The notes under the pieces are model-generated. The model made no database searches, was not told where the DNA came from, and saw only the letters and a program-made list of their open reading frames with translations. This document shows, piece by piece, positions 10,476 to 21,154 of a stretch of DNA of 64,000 nt. A program made the translations under genes and the position numbers. Every line of letters starts with the position of its first letter. The first letter of the stretch is position 1. The DNA comes from Alphaproteobacteria bacterium (lineage in GTDB: Bacteria; Pseudomonadota; Alphaproteobacteria; SP197). The DNA is taken from assembly GCA_964291415.2 (NCBI GenBank), contig OZ219917.1, positions 352,001 to 416,000 on the forward strand, given 5' to 3'.

Positions 10476-11074
10476 TGCAGGACGTCCGCCCGATTGGCCA
10501 GGATGCGGTCCATGTCGTCGTCGACATGCAGGATCTCTTTGCGGCTCAGACCGTGTGGCACACGCCGTCCATGCCCGCTATCACCCCCGCCATCCAAAGT
10601 CTCGTGGCCCACCGGATCGACCGCACCGTTTTCACACGGTTCATGACGCCCCATACGGCGGATGAGACGAGCGGCGCGTGGCGTACCTATTACCGGCGCT
10701 GGACGCGCGTCACCACGTCATGCATGGACCCCGCCCTGCTCGATGTCATGAGCGACTTCCGGTCCTTCATTCCGCCAGCCCATGTCATCGACAAGACCAC
10801 CTATTCGGCCTTCGAAAGCGATGCCTTCGTCAACCTTCTGGACGCCATGGCCTGCCAGACCCTCATTGTCACCGGTGTCGAGACGGACGTTTGCGTCCTC
10901 GCCACCGTGATGACGGGCGTGGACCGCGGATACCGCGTGATCATTGCCGAAGACGCCGTCACAAGCTCCGATGAAGAGGCCCACAGGGCGATGCTCGATC
11001 TCGTCTACCGGCGATTCGAGGACCAGATCGAGATCGGCACGACCGCGGAGATCATCGCCTCCTGGCAGGTTTGA
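10475..11074 (+). CDS. Cysteine hydrolase, isochorismatase family
   Basis: Catalytic D-K-C in VVDMQ, DKTTYSAF and GVETDVCV. Confidence 0.9.
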   Translation: MQDVRPIGQDAVHVVVDMQDLFAAQTVWHTPSMPAITPAIQSLVAHRIDRTVFTRFMTPHTADETSGAWRTYYRRWTRVTTSCMDPALLDVMSDFRSFIPPAHVIDKTTYSAFESDAFVNLLDAMACQTLIVTGVETDVCVLATVMTGVDRGYRVIIAEDAVTSSDEEAHRAMLDLVYRRFEDQIEIGTTAEIIASWQV

Positions 11075-11151
11075 TCCGCAGACGCCGGGTATCGTTCCAG
11101 CAAAGATCGCGTGCTATGATTCCGGAGTGCTGACAAGGGAGGCCGAATGAC

Positions 11152-12306
11152 ATGACCGAGGTTCTTCAGGTCGACTTTGCCCGTCCACTCGGCGCCGATC
11201 CCCGCCGTTCCTACACGTTGCCTTCGCGCTACTACACCGATCCCGAGATATTCGAGCTGGAACGGGAAAGGATCTTCTACCGTTCGTGGATGTACCTGTG
11301 CCATGCCAGCGAGGTGGCCCGTCCTGGCGACTACCTTGCCGGCAGCATTCTCGATCAGGATGTCTTCGTGGTCCGCGACCGTTCTGGTGAGTTGCGCGGC
11401 TACTACAACGTCTGCCAGCACCGGGCGCATCGCCTCGTCGAGGGCTCGGGCACACTGAAGGCGACCATCACCTGCCCCTACCACGCCTGGGCCTACGGTC
11501 TCGATGGCCAGCTCCGCACCGCCCGCAACAGCGATGGCGTGGAGGGCTTCGACAAGTCCCAGTTTGCCCTCAAGCCTGTCCGCGTCGAGGTCCTGTGCAA
11601 CCTTGTCTTCGTCAATCTCGACAACGATGCGATTCCCCTTGCCAGCCAGGCGCCCAACCTCGAGGCCGACATCTGCCGGGAACTTCCCTACTGGGAGGAT
11701 CTCACCCTCACCGAGACCTATGACTTTGGCGGCCGGGCCATGGATGCAGGGTGGAAGGTGGTCATCGACAACTATGTCGAATGCTACCACTGCGAAGTAG
11801 CGCATCCGCAGTTCTGCGACATCATCTCCATGCCGACCTACGAGAACACCATCGATGGCATCACGGCGCGTCAGAAGGGCTGGGACGTCTTCCATGACAA
11901 CAGCGCCTATCGCCTCAGCCGGGATGCCCGCATGCCTCATTCGCTCTTCTGGTACGTATGGCCGACCACGACCATCAACGTCATGCCGGGAGACGGGGAC
12001 CTCCTGATCACCACCGCGGTACCGGTCAACCACCTCGCCACGCGGTTCATCAACTACCGATTCTCCCCCGACGGCACGCCTGACACCGAGGACCGGCGCA
12101 ACTACCTGGAGAACGTGCTCGGAATGGAAGACTTGCTGCTGTGCGAATCGGTTCAAAGGGGACTGTTCTCGCGCGGTTACGACCAGGGTCGATTCATCGT
12201 CCACAGCGAGGATAGCGGTGTGGGCGAACATGTCGTCCACCACTTCCACAGGATGGTGCGCGATGCCCTGGACGGTCAGGGAAGCGAGCCGAACCGCTCC
12301 CTGTAG
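11152..12306 (+). CDS. Rieske oxygenase alpha subunit, carnitine monooxygenase CntA/YeaW-like
   Basis: CQHR...CPYHAW Rieske ligands, mononuclear Fe site DNYVECYHCEVAH and EDLLLCESVQRGL. Confidence 0.88.
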   Translation: MTEVLQVDFARPLGADPRRSYTLPSRYYTDPEIFELERERIFYRSWMYLCHASEVARPGDYLAGSILDQDVFVVRDRSGELRGYYNVCQHRAHRLVEGSGTLKATITCPYHAWAYGLDGQLRTARNSDGVEGFDKSQFALKPVRVEVLCNLVFVNLDNDAIPLASQAPNLEADICRELPYWEDLTLTETYDFGGRAMDAGWKVVIDNYVECYHCEVAHPQFCDIISMPTYENTIDGITARQKGWDVFHDNSAYRLSRDARMPHSLFWYVWPTTTINVMPGDGDLLITTAVPVNHLATRFINYRFSPDGTPDTEDRRNYLENVLGMEDLLLCESVQRGLFSRGYDQGRFIVHSEDSGVGEHVVHHFHRMVRDALDGQGSEPNRSL

Positions 12307-13094
12307 AACTGAAGTATGGCCGCCGCGGTTTCCTCGATGGAACGCCGTGTGACGTCGATCACCGGCCAGCCCCGTTCCTCGTAGAGTCTGCGGGCTTCCG
12401 CCATCTCGCGGCGCACGGCATCGGGCTCGATGTAATCGCTTTCCTCGTCCTGGTGGAGAAGCTTCATGCGGTTGCGCCGGACCTGGACCAGGCGTTCCAT
12501 GTTCTGGCTGAGGGCGACGATGAGCGGCCTGGTCGCCTCGAGAAGTTCCGCCGGCGGCGCCACACCCGGAACAATGGGCACGTTGGCCGCCTTGACGCCC
12601 CGGTTGGCGAGATAGAAACAGGTCGGCGTCTTGGAGGTGCGTGACACACCGACGACGATGACATCGGCATCGTCGAGATCATGTGGCGACTGGCCGTCGT
12701 CATGGCGGACGACGAACTGGATGGCCTCAACCCTGTCGAAGTAGTCTGCATTGAGGGCGTGCTGCCCTCCGGGCTGCCCCTTGACCGGCTGGTCGAGAAC
12801 ACCGGACAGGGCGGCAAGGACAGGATCGAGAAGCGGTACCGAAACGATCCCGAGATTCTGGCATCCCCTGACCAGCTGGTCGCGGCGTTCCGGATTGACG
12901 AGCGTGAAGATGACGATTCCAGGACTCGATTCGAGAGTCTTGAGGATCCTGTCGATCTGCCGCGACGTCCGGACCAGCGTCCACACATGCTCGACCACAT
13001 CAACGTTCTCGAACTGGGCAACCGCAGCACGTCCCACCGCAAGCACTGTCTCGCCTGTTGCGTCGGAGATGAGATGCACATGAAACCTGGTCAT
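12276..13094 (-). CDS. ppsR: Pyruvate,phosphate dikinase / PEP synthase regulatory kinase-pyrophosphorylase
   Basis: HLISDATGET, HDDG, GVSRTSKTPT and DVTRRSIEETAA motifs. Confidence 0.95.
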   Translation of the reverse strand: MTRFHVHLISDATGETVLAVGRAAVAQFENVDVVEHVWTLVRTSRQIDRILKTLESSPGIVIFTLVNPERRDQLVRGCQNLGIVSVPLLDPVLAALSGVLDQPVKGQPGGQHALNADYFDRVEAIQFVVRHDDGQSPHDLDDADVIVVGVSRTSKTPTCFYLANRGVKAANVPIVPGVAPPAELLEATRPLIVALSQNMERLVQVRRNRMKLLHQDEESDYIEPDAVRREMAEARRLYEERGWPVIDVTRRSIEETAAAILQFYRERFGSLP

Positions 13095-13482
13095 GGATAT
13101 GGGGAAGAAAGGCTGATCACCCTGTGGAGGGCCAGCTCCCGAGACAACCGGCGCAGAGTATCACACTCCTGGACGCCATGTGTGCGACCGTTCTTGCCCG
13201 GGGACAAACGCAATCGGGGCATCGTGGAAATCGTGCACACAAGACGGCAATCCACAATCGGCGGGGCACCACTCCACATCGTTTGTTGCCGAGGTACCGG
13301 CCCTGCTCTGCGATTCGCTTCCAACCGTACACAGGCACACCGACAGGTGTCTCCCAGAAAGGCCCGACTGTTGACAGACGCCATGACAGTCTTGCATCCA
13401 CATGATGCACATGGCTCATCATTACCACTTATTTTTATGAATGATTCTTTGATGTGGTAATGCGGTGCCAATTCGTCGGATC
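13095..13482. other. Chromosomal replication origin (oriC)
   Basis: Lies in the ppsR/hemE intergenic region, the conserved alphaproteobacterial origin position. Degenerate DnaA boxes are TCGTGCACA 13231, CAATCCACA 13248, CACTCCACA 13270, and tandem GCATCCACA 13394 / TGATGCACA 13403. These are followed by TGGCT, trio-like CATCATTACCAC and an AT-rich run (about 13429-13453). Confidence 0.82.
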
Positions 13483-14526
13483 ATGCCAGTCATGTTCCCT
13501 TCCCCTCCTGAAAAATCCCTGCTCGCCGTCCTTCGAGGATCTGCACACAACCCGCCTCCGGTGTGGTTTCTGCGTCAGGCCGGGCGCTATCTTCCGGAAT
13601 ACAGGAAGCTGCGCCGGGAAAGTCCTGACTTCCTTTCCCTGTGCAACACCCCGGAACTCGCCGCGAGAATCACCCTGCAGCCGGTCGACCGCTTTGCCGT
13701 TGATGCGGCCATCGTCTTTTCGGACATCCTCATCGTTCCTCATGGCATGGGTCGTGCGGTCCGATTTCTTGAAGGCGAGGGTCCCTTCCTGACGCCTCTT
13801 CGTTGTCAGGCGGACATCGATGCCCTCGATGCGGACGGCGCTGTCGAGAAGAATCGTTCCCTTCTGGAGACCCTGCGCCTGGTGCGCGGCGAACTCGACG
13901 GCAGGACCGCCCTCATCGGATTTGCCGGCGGTCCGATCACGATCGCCGCCTACATGATTGACGGATCGGGCGGTGAGTTTCATGCGACGAAGCGGCTGAT
14001 CAAGGATGAGCCTGGTCTGATTGACCGTCTCATCGCTCGCCTCGCCGATGCTGTCACCGGTCTGTTGCTGGCCCAGATCGAGGCCGGCGCCGATGCTGTC
14101 CAGATCTTCGACAGTTGGGCCGGTCTTCTTGATGACAACGTCAGCTTTGCCCGGTGGTGCGTCGATCCGACACGGCGCATCGTCGCACGCGTGAGGGACG
14201 TTCATCCCCGGATTCCCGTGATCGGCTTTCCACGCGGAGCGGGCGGGCGCTACGCGGAGTTTGCCCGCGGGACCGGTATCCATGCCCTGCAGGTCGATCA
14301 GGATGTGCCCCTTGACATGATGCGGGATCTGCAGTCGATCTGCCCGGTTCAGGGCAATCTCGATCCCGGGATTCTCCTGGCCGGCGGCGAGGCGATGAGA
14401 CGCCAGGCGCGATCGATCGTGACGGGCCTTTCAGGGGGGAGTCACGTCTTCAATCTCGGGCACGGCATCATCAAGAACACACCGCCGTCGCATGTCGCGG
14501 ACCTGGTGAATACCGTGCGTTCCTGA
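13483..14526 (+). CDS. hemE: Uroporphyrinogen decarboxylase
   Basis: PVWFLRQAGRYLPEY, FSDIL, QIFDSWA and FNLGHG motifs. Confidence 0.97.
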   Translation: MPVMFPSPPEKSLLAVLRGSAHNPPPVWFLRQAGRYLPEYRKLRRESPDFLSLCNTPELAARITLQPVDRFAVDAAIVFSDILIVPHGMGRAVRFLEGEGPFLTPLRCQADIDALDADGAVEKNRSLLETLRLVRGELDGRTALIGFAGGPITIAAYMIDGSGGEFHATKRLIKDEPGLIDRLIARLADAVTGLLLAQIEAGADAVQIFDSWAGLLDDNVSFARWCVDPTRRIVARVRDVHPRIPVIGFPRGAGGRYAEFARGTGIHALQVDQDVPLDMMRDLQSICPVQGNLDPGILLAGGEAMRRQARSIVTGLSGGSHVFNLGHGIIKNTPPSHVADLVNTVRS

Positions 14527-14540
14527 GGGACGTTGAGGTC

Positions 14541-15572
14541 ATGGAAAGAACGGCGGTCGTGCTCTTCAACCTGGGCGGTCCCGATTCTCCGGCGGCCGTG
14601 CAGCCCTTTCTCAACAATCTCTTCAATGATCCGGCGATCATCTCCATTCCCTGGCCATTGCGTCCCGTTCTTGCCTCGGTGATATCGCATCGCCGACAGA
14701 GTGAGGCGAAGAAGATCTATGGAGCGATCGGTGGGCATTCGCCCCTTCTCGAGAACACGCGCCAGCAGGCCCGGGCGCTCGAGGCGGCCCTCGACAATGA
14801 TGCGATCAGGGTCTTCGTCTGCATGCGCTACTGGCATCCGATGAGCGAGGATGCAGCGCTCGAGGTGGCCGGGTTCGAGCCGCAAAGGGTCGTGTTGCTG
14901 CCGCTCTATCCCCAGTTCTCGACGACGACGACGGCGTCGTCGATGAAGGAGTGGGTGCGGTCGTGGAAACGTCATGGATACAAGGTGATGACCAGGGCCG
15001 TGTGTTGCTGGCCACGGGCCGGCGGACTTGTCGGCAGCTACGCGGCGGCCGTCAGGCGCGCCCTCAACGACATCGCGGGACAGCCGGCAAGGGTTCTGTT
15101 TTCCGCTCACGGATTGCCGGAGACGATCATTCGAGGCGGCGACCCCTACCAGTGGCAGGTCGAGCAGACGGCCCAGGCAATCGTCGATGACATCGGTCTC
15201 AGCGACCTCGACTGGACGGTGTGCTATCAGTCGCGTGTCGGACCACTGGACTGGATCGGTCCGTCGACGGACGGGGAAATCGACAGGGCCGGCAGGGAAG
15301 GAACCGGGGTCATTGTTGTACCCGTCGCCTTTGTCAGCGAGCACAGCGAGACCCTTGTCGAGCTCGATATCGAGTATCGTCAGCGGGCCCGGGACGCCGG
15401 ATGCCCCTTCTTCAGTCGCATACCGGCGGTTTCGTGCGACGACACCTTCATCGACGGTCTGGCGGCGCTCGTCCGGTCCGTTCTGAACGAGGATCGGCCG
15501 GATCTTGCGTCCGAACATGGCGGCAGGATCTGTCCGGCGTCGTTCACACGGTGCCCCTTGAGGACAGTGTGA
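14541..15572 (+). CDS. hemH: Ferrochelatase
   Basis: NLGGP, LYPQFS, FSAHGLP, YQSRVGP and SEHSETLVELD motifs. Confidence 0.97.
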   Translation: MERTAVVLFNLGGPDSPAAVQPFLNNLFNDPAIISIPWPLRPVLASVISHRRQSEAKKIYGAIGGHSPLLENTRQQARALEAALDNDAIRVFVCMRYWHPMSEDAALEVAGFEPQRVVLLPLYPQFSTTTTASSMKEWVRSWKRHGYKVMTRAVCCWPRAGGLVGSYAAAVRRALNDIAGQPARVLFSAHGLPETIIRGGDPYQWQVEQTAQAIVDDIGLSDLDWTVCYQSRVGPLDWIGPSTDGEIDRAGREGTGVIVVPVAFVSEHSETLVELDIEYRQRARDAGCPFFSRIPAVSCDDTFIDGLAALVRSVLNEDRPDLASEHGGRICPASFTRCPLRTV

Positions 15573-15573
15573 C

Positions 15574-16023
15574 ATGGACGGTTTTCTCGGTGCCTGGCAT
15601 GACGTCATCAAGGCGTTTCACATCCTGGCGGTCATCGCCTGGATGGCCGGCATGCTCTATCTCCCCAGGCTCTTCGTCTATCATGTCGACTGCGAGCCCG
15701 CATCGCGGCAGTCCGAGACCTTCAAGGTCATGGAACGCCGTCTCCTCAAGGGAATCATCAATCCGGCGATGATTGCCACCTTCGTCTTCGGCATCCTCCT
15801 GATGCTCGATGCCGGTTGGGCGCTGTGGAGCGAGGGCTGGTGGCTCGTGAAGGGTGTGGCGTTCCTGGCGATGTCCGCCGTTCACGGGTGGTTCGTGGCG
15901 TTGTGGCGGGCCTTTGCCGAGGACCGCAACCACCACACCCGCCGCTTCTTTAGGCTGATCAACGAGGTGCCGACCGTGCTGCTGGTCATCATTGTCGTCA
16001 TGGTCGTCGTCAGACCGTTCTAG
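15574..16023 (+). CDS. hemJ: Protoporphyrinogen IX oxidase
   Basis: KAFHI, WMAGMLYLPRLFVYH, MERRL and NEVPT motifs. Confidence 0.96.
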   Translation: MDGFLGAWHDVIKAFHILAVIAWMAGMLYLPRLFVYHVDCEPASRQSETFKVMERRLLKGIINPAMIATFVFGILLMLDAGWALWSEGWWLVKGVAFLAMSAVHGWFVALWRAFAEDRNHHTRRFFRLINEVPTVLLVIIVVMVVVRPF

Positions 16024-16054
16024 CCGGCAATCGCGCGACGCTTCAGAATCGGAT

Positions 16055-16084
16055 TTGACAGGCCCGGATGACCTGCTCTAGGTT
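16055..16084 (+). promoter_or_regulatory. Candidate sigma70 promoter of rho
   Basis: TTGACA-N18-TAGGTT upstream of a C-rich leader. Confidence 0.45.
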
Positions 16085-16215
16085 TGCCCCCTTTCCCGTC
16101 CGTTCACCGTTTCTGTCGAATCACCCGCCTTTCCGGGACGCTGTTCGGCACCTTTCCAGACGTGACACCATGAGCGTCGTTTCGTGACCTCCCATCGCTA
16201 TTCAGCAGGTTCATC

Positions 16216-17531
16216 ATGACCTTAACGGGCAATGAAAATGTGCAGACCGGGTTTGCAGCCATGAGTCATGGGGCGCTCAATCTGCAGGAGTTGAAAAATC
16301 GCAAACCCGAGGAGCTTCTTGCCTACGGCGAGGAACTCGGTATCGAGGGAGCGAGTGTCCTCAGAAAACAGGATCTCATGTTCGCCATACTCAAGGAGAT
16401 GGCGGAACAGGATGTGCCGATCAGCGGCCAGGGCGTGCTCGAGGTGTTGCCGGACGGATTCGGCTTCCTGCGCAGTCCGGAGGCCAACTACCTGCCCGGT
16501 CCCGACGACATCTATGTCAGTCCCGGACAGATCAGGCGGTTCTCCCTCAAGACCGGCGATACGGTGGAAGGAACGATCCGCAGCCCCCGCGAGAACGAAC
16601 GATACTTCGCCCTCGTCAAGCTCAGCCACATCAATTTCCAGGAACCCGAGACGACGCGCCACAGGGTGCCGTTCGACAATCTCACACCGCTCTATCCTGA
16701 GGAAAAACTGTGCCTTGAGGTCCAGGATCCCACCAGGAAGGATCTGTCGACCAGGGTCATCGAGCTGATTTCCCCCCTTGGCAAGGGACAGCGGGCCCTG
16801 CTGACGTCACCGCCGCGCGCCGGCAAGACCGTTCTCATGCAGAACATCGCCCATGCGATCGAGAGCAATCATCCGGAAGTCTACCTTCTCGTCCTGCTCA
16901 TCGACGAGCGTCCCGAAGAGGTCACCGACATGCAGCGCCAGGTCAGGGGCGAGGTCATCGCCTCGACCTTCGATGAACCGGCCAGCCGCCATGTTGCCGT
17001 CTCCGAGATGGTGATCGAGAAGGCCAAGCGTCTCGTCGAACAAAACGCGACGTGGTGATCCTGCTGGATTCGATTACCCGCCTGGCGCGGGCCTTCAACA
17101 CCGTCGTGCCGTCCTCGGGCAAGGTGCTCACCGGTGGTGTCGACGCCAATGCCCTGCAGCGTCCGAAGCGGTTCTTCGGGGCGGCGCGCAACATCGAGGG
17201 TGGCGGCAGCCTGACCATCATTGCCACGGCACTCATCGAGACCGGCAGCAGGATGGATGAGGTCATCTTCGAGGAGTTCAAGGGTACCGGCAATTCGGAA
17301 ATCGTCATGGATCGCAAGATTGCCGACAAGCGCATCTTCCCGGCCATCGATATCGGCAAGTCCGGCACCCGCAAGGAGGAACTCCTGGTCGGCCGGGCGG
17401 AACTCGCCAAGATGTGGGTCCTGCGCCGTATTCTCATGCCCATGGGGTCCGTGGACGCCATGGAATTCCTCATCGACAAGCTCAAGAGCACGAAGAACAA
17501 CAGCGATTTCTTCGACTCCATGAACACCTGA
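16216..17531 (+). CDS. rho: Transcription termination factor Rho, apparent frameshift at about 17045
   Basis: [14 protein letters not shown] and PPRAGKT, then in the second frame [10 protein letters not shown]...EEFKGTGN. One added A in GAACAAAACGCGAC restores [12 protein letters not shown]. Confidence 0.96.
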
Positions 17532-17555
17532 TCCAGGTTTCTCCGAGACCCCTGA

Positions 17556-19112
17556 ATGACCATCAGGCGGGCGCTTCTCTCCGTCACCGACAAGACCGGT
17601 CTGGTCGACCTTGCCCGGTTTCTCGATTCCCGGGGTGTCGAGCTGATATCAACGGGCGGCACCGCCGCGGCTCTCGCCGCCGAGGGTCTGCCTGTGACTC
17701 CCGTCAGCCAGGTCACGGGCTTCCCCGAGATCCTGGATGGCCGGGTCAAGACACTCCACCCGGCCATTCACGGCGGAATCCTGGGTTGTCGGGATGCCGT
17801 GGATCACGTCCGCGAGATGTCCGAACACGGCATCAGGGGTATCGATCTCGTGGTGGTCAATCTCTACGCCTTCGAGGACGTTGTCGCCAGGGGCGCCGAC
17901 TGGAGCGGAACGATCGAGGCCATCGACATCGGCGGCGTGGCGCTTCTTCGGGCGGCGGCCAAGAACCATGCCTTCGTGACCGTGATGACCGATCCCGAAG
18001 ACTATCCCGCCCTTGTTGACGAGATGGAACAAGGGGAAGGCGCCACCTCCGGAGACTTTCGCTTGCGAATGGCCGGCATCGCCTACCAGATGACGGCGGC
18101 CTACGATACCGCCGTGGCGACACGGTTTCTGGGAGAGTCGAACGAGACCTTTCCGCGACGACTCACCGTCTCGGGCCGCCTCGACCGCCGCTTGCGCTAC
18201 GGAGAAAATCCTCATCAGGCCGCCGCGTTCTATCATGTCGGGAGCGGGCCGCCGCGCGTGACACGTCAACGCCAGGATGGTGGCAAGGATCTCTCCTACA
18301 ACAACCTCAGCGACGCCGATGCCGCCCTGGAGGCCGTCACGGAATTCGATCCCGACCATGACGGGCCCGCTGTCATCATCGTCAAGCACACCAATCCCTG
18401 CGGCGTGGCACTCGGCCACTCTCTGGTCGATGCCTACCGCAAGGCGCTCGCCTGTGATCCGTTGAGCGCATTCGGCGGTGTGGTTGCCACCAACCAGCCC
18501 CTTGATGGCGAGACGGCGGAGGCCATCACCGGCATCTTCACGGAAGTGGTCATCGCGCCCGGTGCCAGCCGTGCGGCGCGCGACATCCTGGGAAAGAGGA
18601 AAAGTCCGAGACTGCTCCTGGCCGATGGTCCACCACCGGCAGAGGGCTCCCTGGTGATCCGGTCCGCAGGCTCAGGGCTGCTGGCGCAAGCCGCCGACCG
18701 GTACCGCCTGAAGGCCGGCGACATGAAGGTCGTGACCAGGCGCCGGCCGGACGCCGGTGAACTCGACGACATGCTGTTTGCCTTCCGTGTGGTCAAGCAC
18801 GTGCGCTCCAATGCCATTGTCTATGCCCGCAACGGACAGACCCTCGGCATCGGGGCGGGACAGATGAGCCGTGTCGACAGCGCCATGATCGCCCGGCAGA
18901 AGGCCGGCCGGTCCGGTCTTGCGCTCACCGGATCGGTGGTCGCGTCGGATGCCTTCTTTCCCTTTGCCGATGGCCTGCTCGAGGCCGCCGAAGGCGGGGC
19001 GACCGCCGTCATTCAGCCAGGCGGCAGCGTGCGGGACGAGGAGGTGATCGCCGCCGCGGATGCACGCGACATGGCCATGGTGATGACGGGCGTCCGTCAC
19101 TTCCGCCACTGA
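17556..19112 (+). CDS. purH: Bifunctional AICAR transformylase/IMP cyclohydrolase
   Basis: [33 protein letters not shown] and SDAFFPF motifs. Confidence 0.97.
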   Translation: MTIRRALLSVTDKTGLVDLARFLDSRGVELISTGGTAAALAAEGLPVTPVSQVTGFPEILDGRVKTLHPAIHGGILGCRDAVDHVREMSEHGIRGIDLVVVNLYAFEDVVARGADWSGTIEAIDIGGVALLRAAAKNHAFVTVMTDPEDYPALVDEMEQGEGATSGDFRLRMAGIAYQMTAAYDTAVATRFLGESNETFPRRLTVSGRLDRRLRYGENPHQAAAFYHVGSGPPRVTRQRQDGGKDLSYNNLSDADAALEAVTEFDPDHDGPAVIIVKHTNPCGVALGHSLVDAYRKALACDPLSAFGGVVATNQPLDGETAEAITGIFTEVVIAPGASRAARDILGKRKSPRLLLADGPPPAEGSLVIRSAGSGLLAQAADRYRLKAGDMKVVTRRRPDAGELDDMLFAFRVVKHVRSNAIVYARNGQTLGIGAGQMSRVDSAMIARQKAGRSGLALTGSVVASDAFFPFADGLLEAAEGGATAVIQPGGSVRDEEVIAAADARDMAMVMTGVRHFRH

Positions 19113-19817
19113 TCACGCCTGCCAGCGACGGGCCGTTGCGGCGGTCTGGTTGAAGAGAATGTCGCGCTCCTCCTCCGACGGCGCGGCGGAACGCCGGAAC
19201 TCCTTGCCGAGATCCACGGCGCGCTGCACCGCCGGACGCTCCTTGATCCGTTGCCGCCAGTCCCGCACGTTGGGAACGTCGTCAAGGCTTGCCGTGAGCG
19301 GTCTTGCGATCAGAACCCAGGGCCAGCAGATCATGTCGGCGATCGAATAGGACTCCCCGACCAGCCACGCGCGCTTGGCGAGGCGGCGTTCCAGAACCCC
19401 CAGACAGCGGTCGTACTCCCGCGCGTAGCGTTCACGGGCATAAGGCTGATCGTCCGGCGCGTAGTTGACGAAGTGGGAGAGCTGACCTGCCATGGGTCCC
19501 TGGTTGCCCACCTGCCAGAACAGCCATTCGAGGGTTTCCTTTTCGCCAATCGCATCTCGGCTGAGGAAACGCCCGTGCTTGCGGGCCAGATGGAACATGA
19601 TGGCGCCCGATTCAAAGACAGGAAGCGGTGCTCCTGGATGATCGTGATCGACGATGGCGGGAATGCGGTTGTTCGGGCTTGTCTCGAGAAAGTCGGGCGC
19701 GAACTGTTCGCCCCGTGAAATGTCGACAGGGATCAGCCTGTAGTCCACCCCCAGCTCCTCGAGGAGGATGGCAACCTTCCAGCCGTTGGGTGTCGGCCAA
19801 TAGTAGAAGTCGATCAT
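19113..19817 (-). CDS. Glutathione S-transferase, YfcG/Nu-class disulfide oxidoreductase-like
   Basis: YYWPTPNGWK, PNNRIPAI and FESGAI motifs. Confidence 0.9.
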   Translation of the reverse strand: MIDFYYWPTPNGWKVAILLEELGVDYRLIPVDISRGEQFAPDFLETSPNNRIPAIVDHDHPGAPLPVFESGAIMFHLARKHGRFLSRDAIGEKETLEWLFWQVGNQGPMAGQLSHFVNYAPDDQPYARERYAREYDRCLGVLERRLAKRAWLVGESYSIADMICWPWVLIARPLTASLDDVPNVRDWRQRIKERPAVQRAVDLGKEFRRSAAPSEEERDILFNQTAATARRWQA

Positions 19818-19820
19818 CGT

Positions 19821-21011
19821 TCAGCTCCCGAAGACCCCGGCGCGGCGCAGCGTGGCGATGGTGCCTGAGTCGTAGCCAGCCTCCTTCAGGATCTCGTCCG
19901 TGTTCTCGCCGAGCTGCGCCCCCGGTTCGCGCAATTCGAAGTCGGACTTCGAGAACCGCGCGGCAGGCCGCGCCTGACGGACCCTGCCGACGAGGGGATG
20001 ATCGTGTTCGGTTACGATGCCGTTGGCGGCGATCTGCGGGTGACGAATCATCTCGCTGCGGTTGAGGACAGGAGCACAGGGGACATCCTCGGCCTCGAGT
20101 CGTTCCAGCCATTCGGCGCTGGTGGCCGTTTTCAGGACCTCCTGGGTCAATTCGAGCCTGGCGTCGATGTGACGCTGGCGCCCCGCCGGTGTACGAAAGC
20201 GCTCGTCGTCGAGCCACTCGGGCCTGTTGAGTGCGCGCGTGAGCGCTTCCCACTCCTTGTCCTGCTGAACCGCCACTGAAATGTAGCCGTCAAGCGTCTC
20301 GTAGATGAGATCGATGAAACTCTGGGCATGCTGCTGGCGGATACCGTGATCGACCATGGTCTGGGATTCCATGTCCGATCCCCACAGGAAGGCGATGACC
20401 GAATCGAGCATGGAGACGTGGATCGCCTGGCCCTCTCCGGTCTTCTCCCGGTTGAAGAGTGCCGCCGCGATCGCCTGGGCGGCGACGATGCCGGTGAGCT
20501 TGTCGGGGATAATGGTCCGTACCAGGCGCGGCCGCGCCTCGTCCGATCCGGCCTGAACGGTCGTCAGCCCGGAAAGCGCCTGCACAAGGGGATCATAGAC
20601 CGGCTTTGATGCATAGGGTCCGGTGGCGCCGAATCCCGAGATCGACACGTGAATGATGTCAGGCACGTGTTTCCTCACATCGTCCTCGCCGATCCCGATG
20701 CGTTCCGCCACTCCGGGCCGGAAGTTGTGGACCAGAACGTCGCTCCTCGCGACAAGGCGCATCAGCACCTCGGTGCCGCGCGGGTGCTTGAGGTCGATGG
20801 CGATGGATCGCTTGTTGCGGTTGTTGTTGAGATAGGACGATGCGAGACCGTGTTCATTTGCCGACACGCCGCGCGTGGTATCTCCGCCGCGGGCGGGGTT
20901 CTCGACCTTGACGACATCGGCGCCCTGATCGGCGAGCAGCATGGTGGCGGTCGGTCCCGACACCATGCCGGTGAGATCGATGATGCGCACCCCGTGCAAT
21001 GCACCCGGCAT
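19821..21011 (-). CDS. Family III CoA transferase (CaiB/BaiF)
   Basis: LADQGADVVKVE, NRNKRSIAIDLK, HNFRPG and YDPLVQA motifs. Confidence 0.92.
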   Translation of the reverse strand: MPGALHGVRIIDLTGMVSGPTATMLLADQGADVVKVENPARGGDTTRGVSANEHGLASSYLNNNRNKRSIAIDLKHPRGTEVLMRLVARSDVLVHNFRPGVAERIGIGEDDVRKHVPDIIHVSISGFGATGPYASKPVYDPLVQALSGLTTVQAGSDEARPRLVRTIIPDKLTGIVAAQAIAAALFNREKTGEGQAIHVSMLDSVIAFLWGSDMESQTMVDHGIRQQHAQSFIDLIYETLDGYISVAVQQDKEWEALTRALNRPEWLDDERFRTPAGRQRHIDARLELTQEVLKTATSAEWLERLEAEDVPCAPVLNRSEMIRHPQIAANGIVTEHDHPLVGRVRQARPAARFSKSDFELREPGAQLGENTDEILKEAGYDSGTIATLRRAGVFGS

Positions 21012-21154
21012 CGTTTCCAGAGCCTCCATCTGACAAGGGGACATGCCATGGAGTGCCTCGACAGGACAAGCCCGGGATTCGGTCTCTGGCACCTTGCAAT
21101 TGTTCCTGAGGACCACGACGCTGGCGGCGGACAGTTGAGCGAGGATGATTTCCC

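Noticed and set aside
17030-17060. Split rho as a pseudogene or programmed frameshift
   Set aside because: One missing A in an A-run restores a canonical Rho, and similar errors recur across the window.
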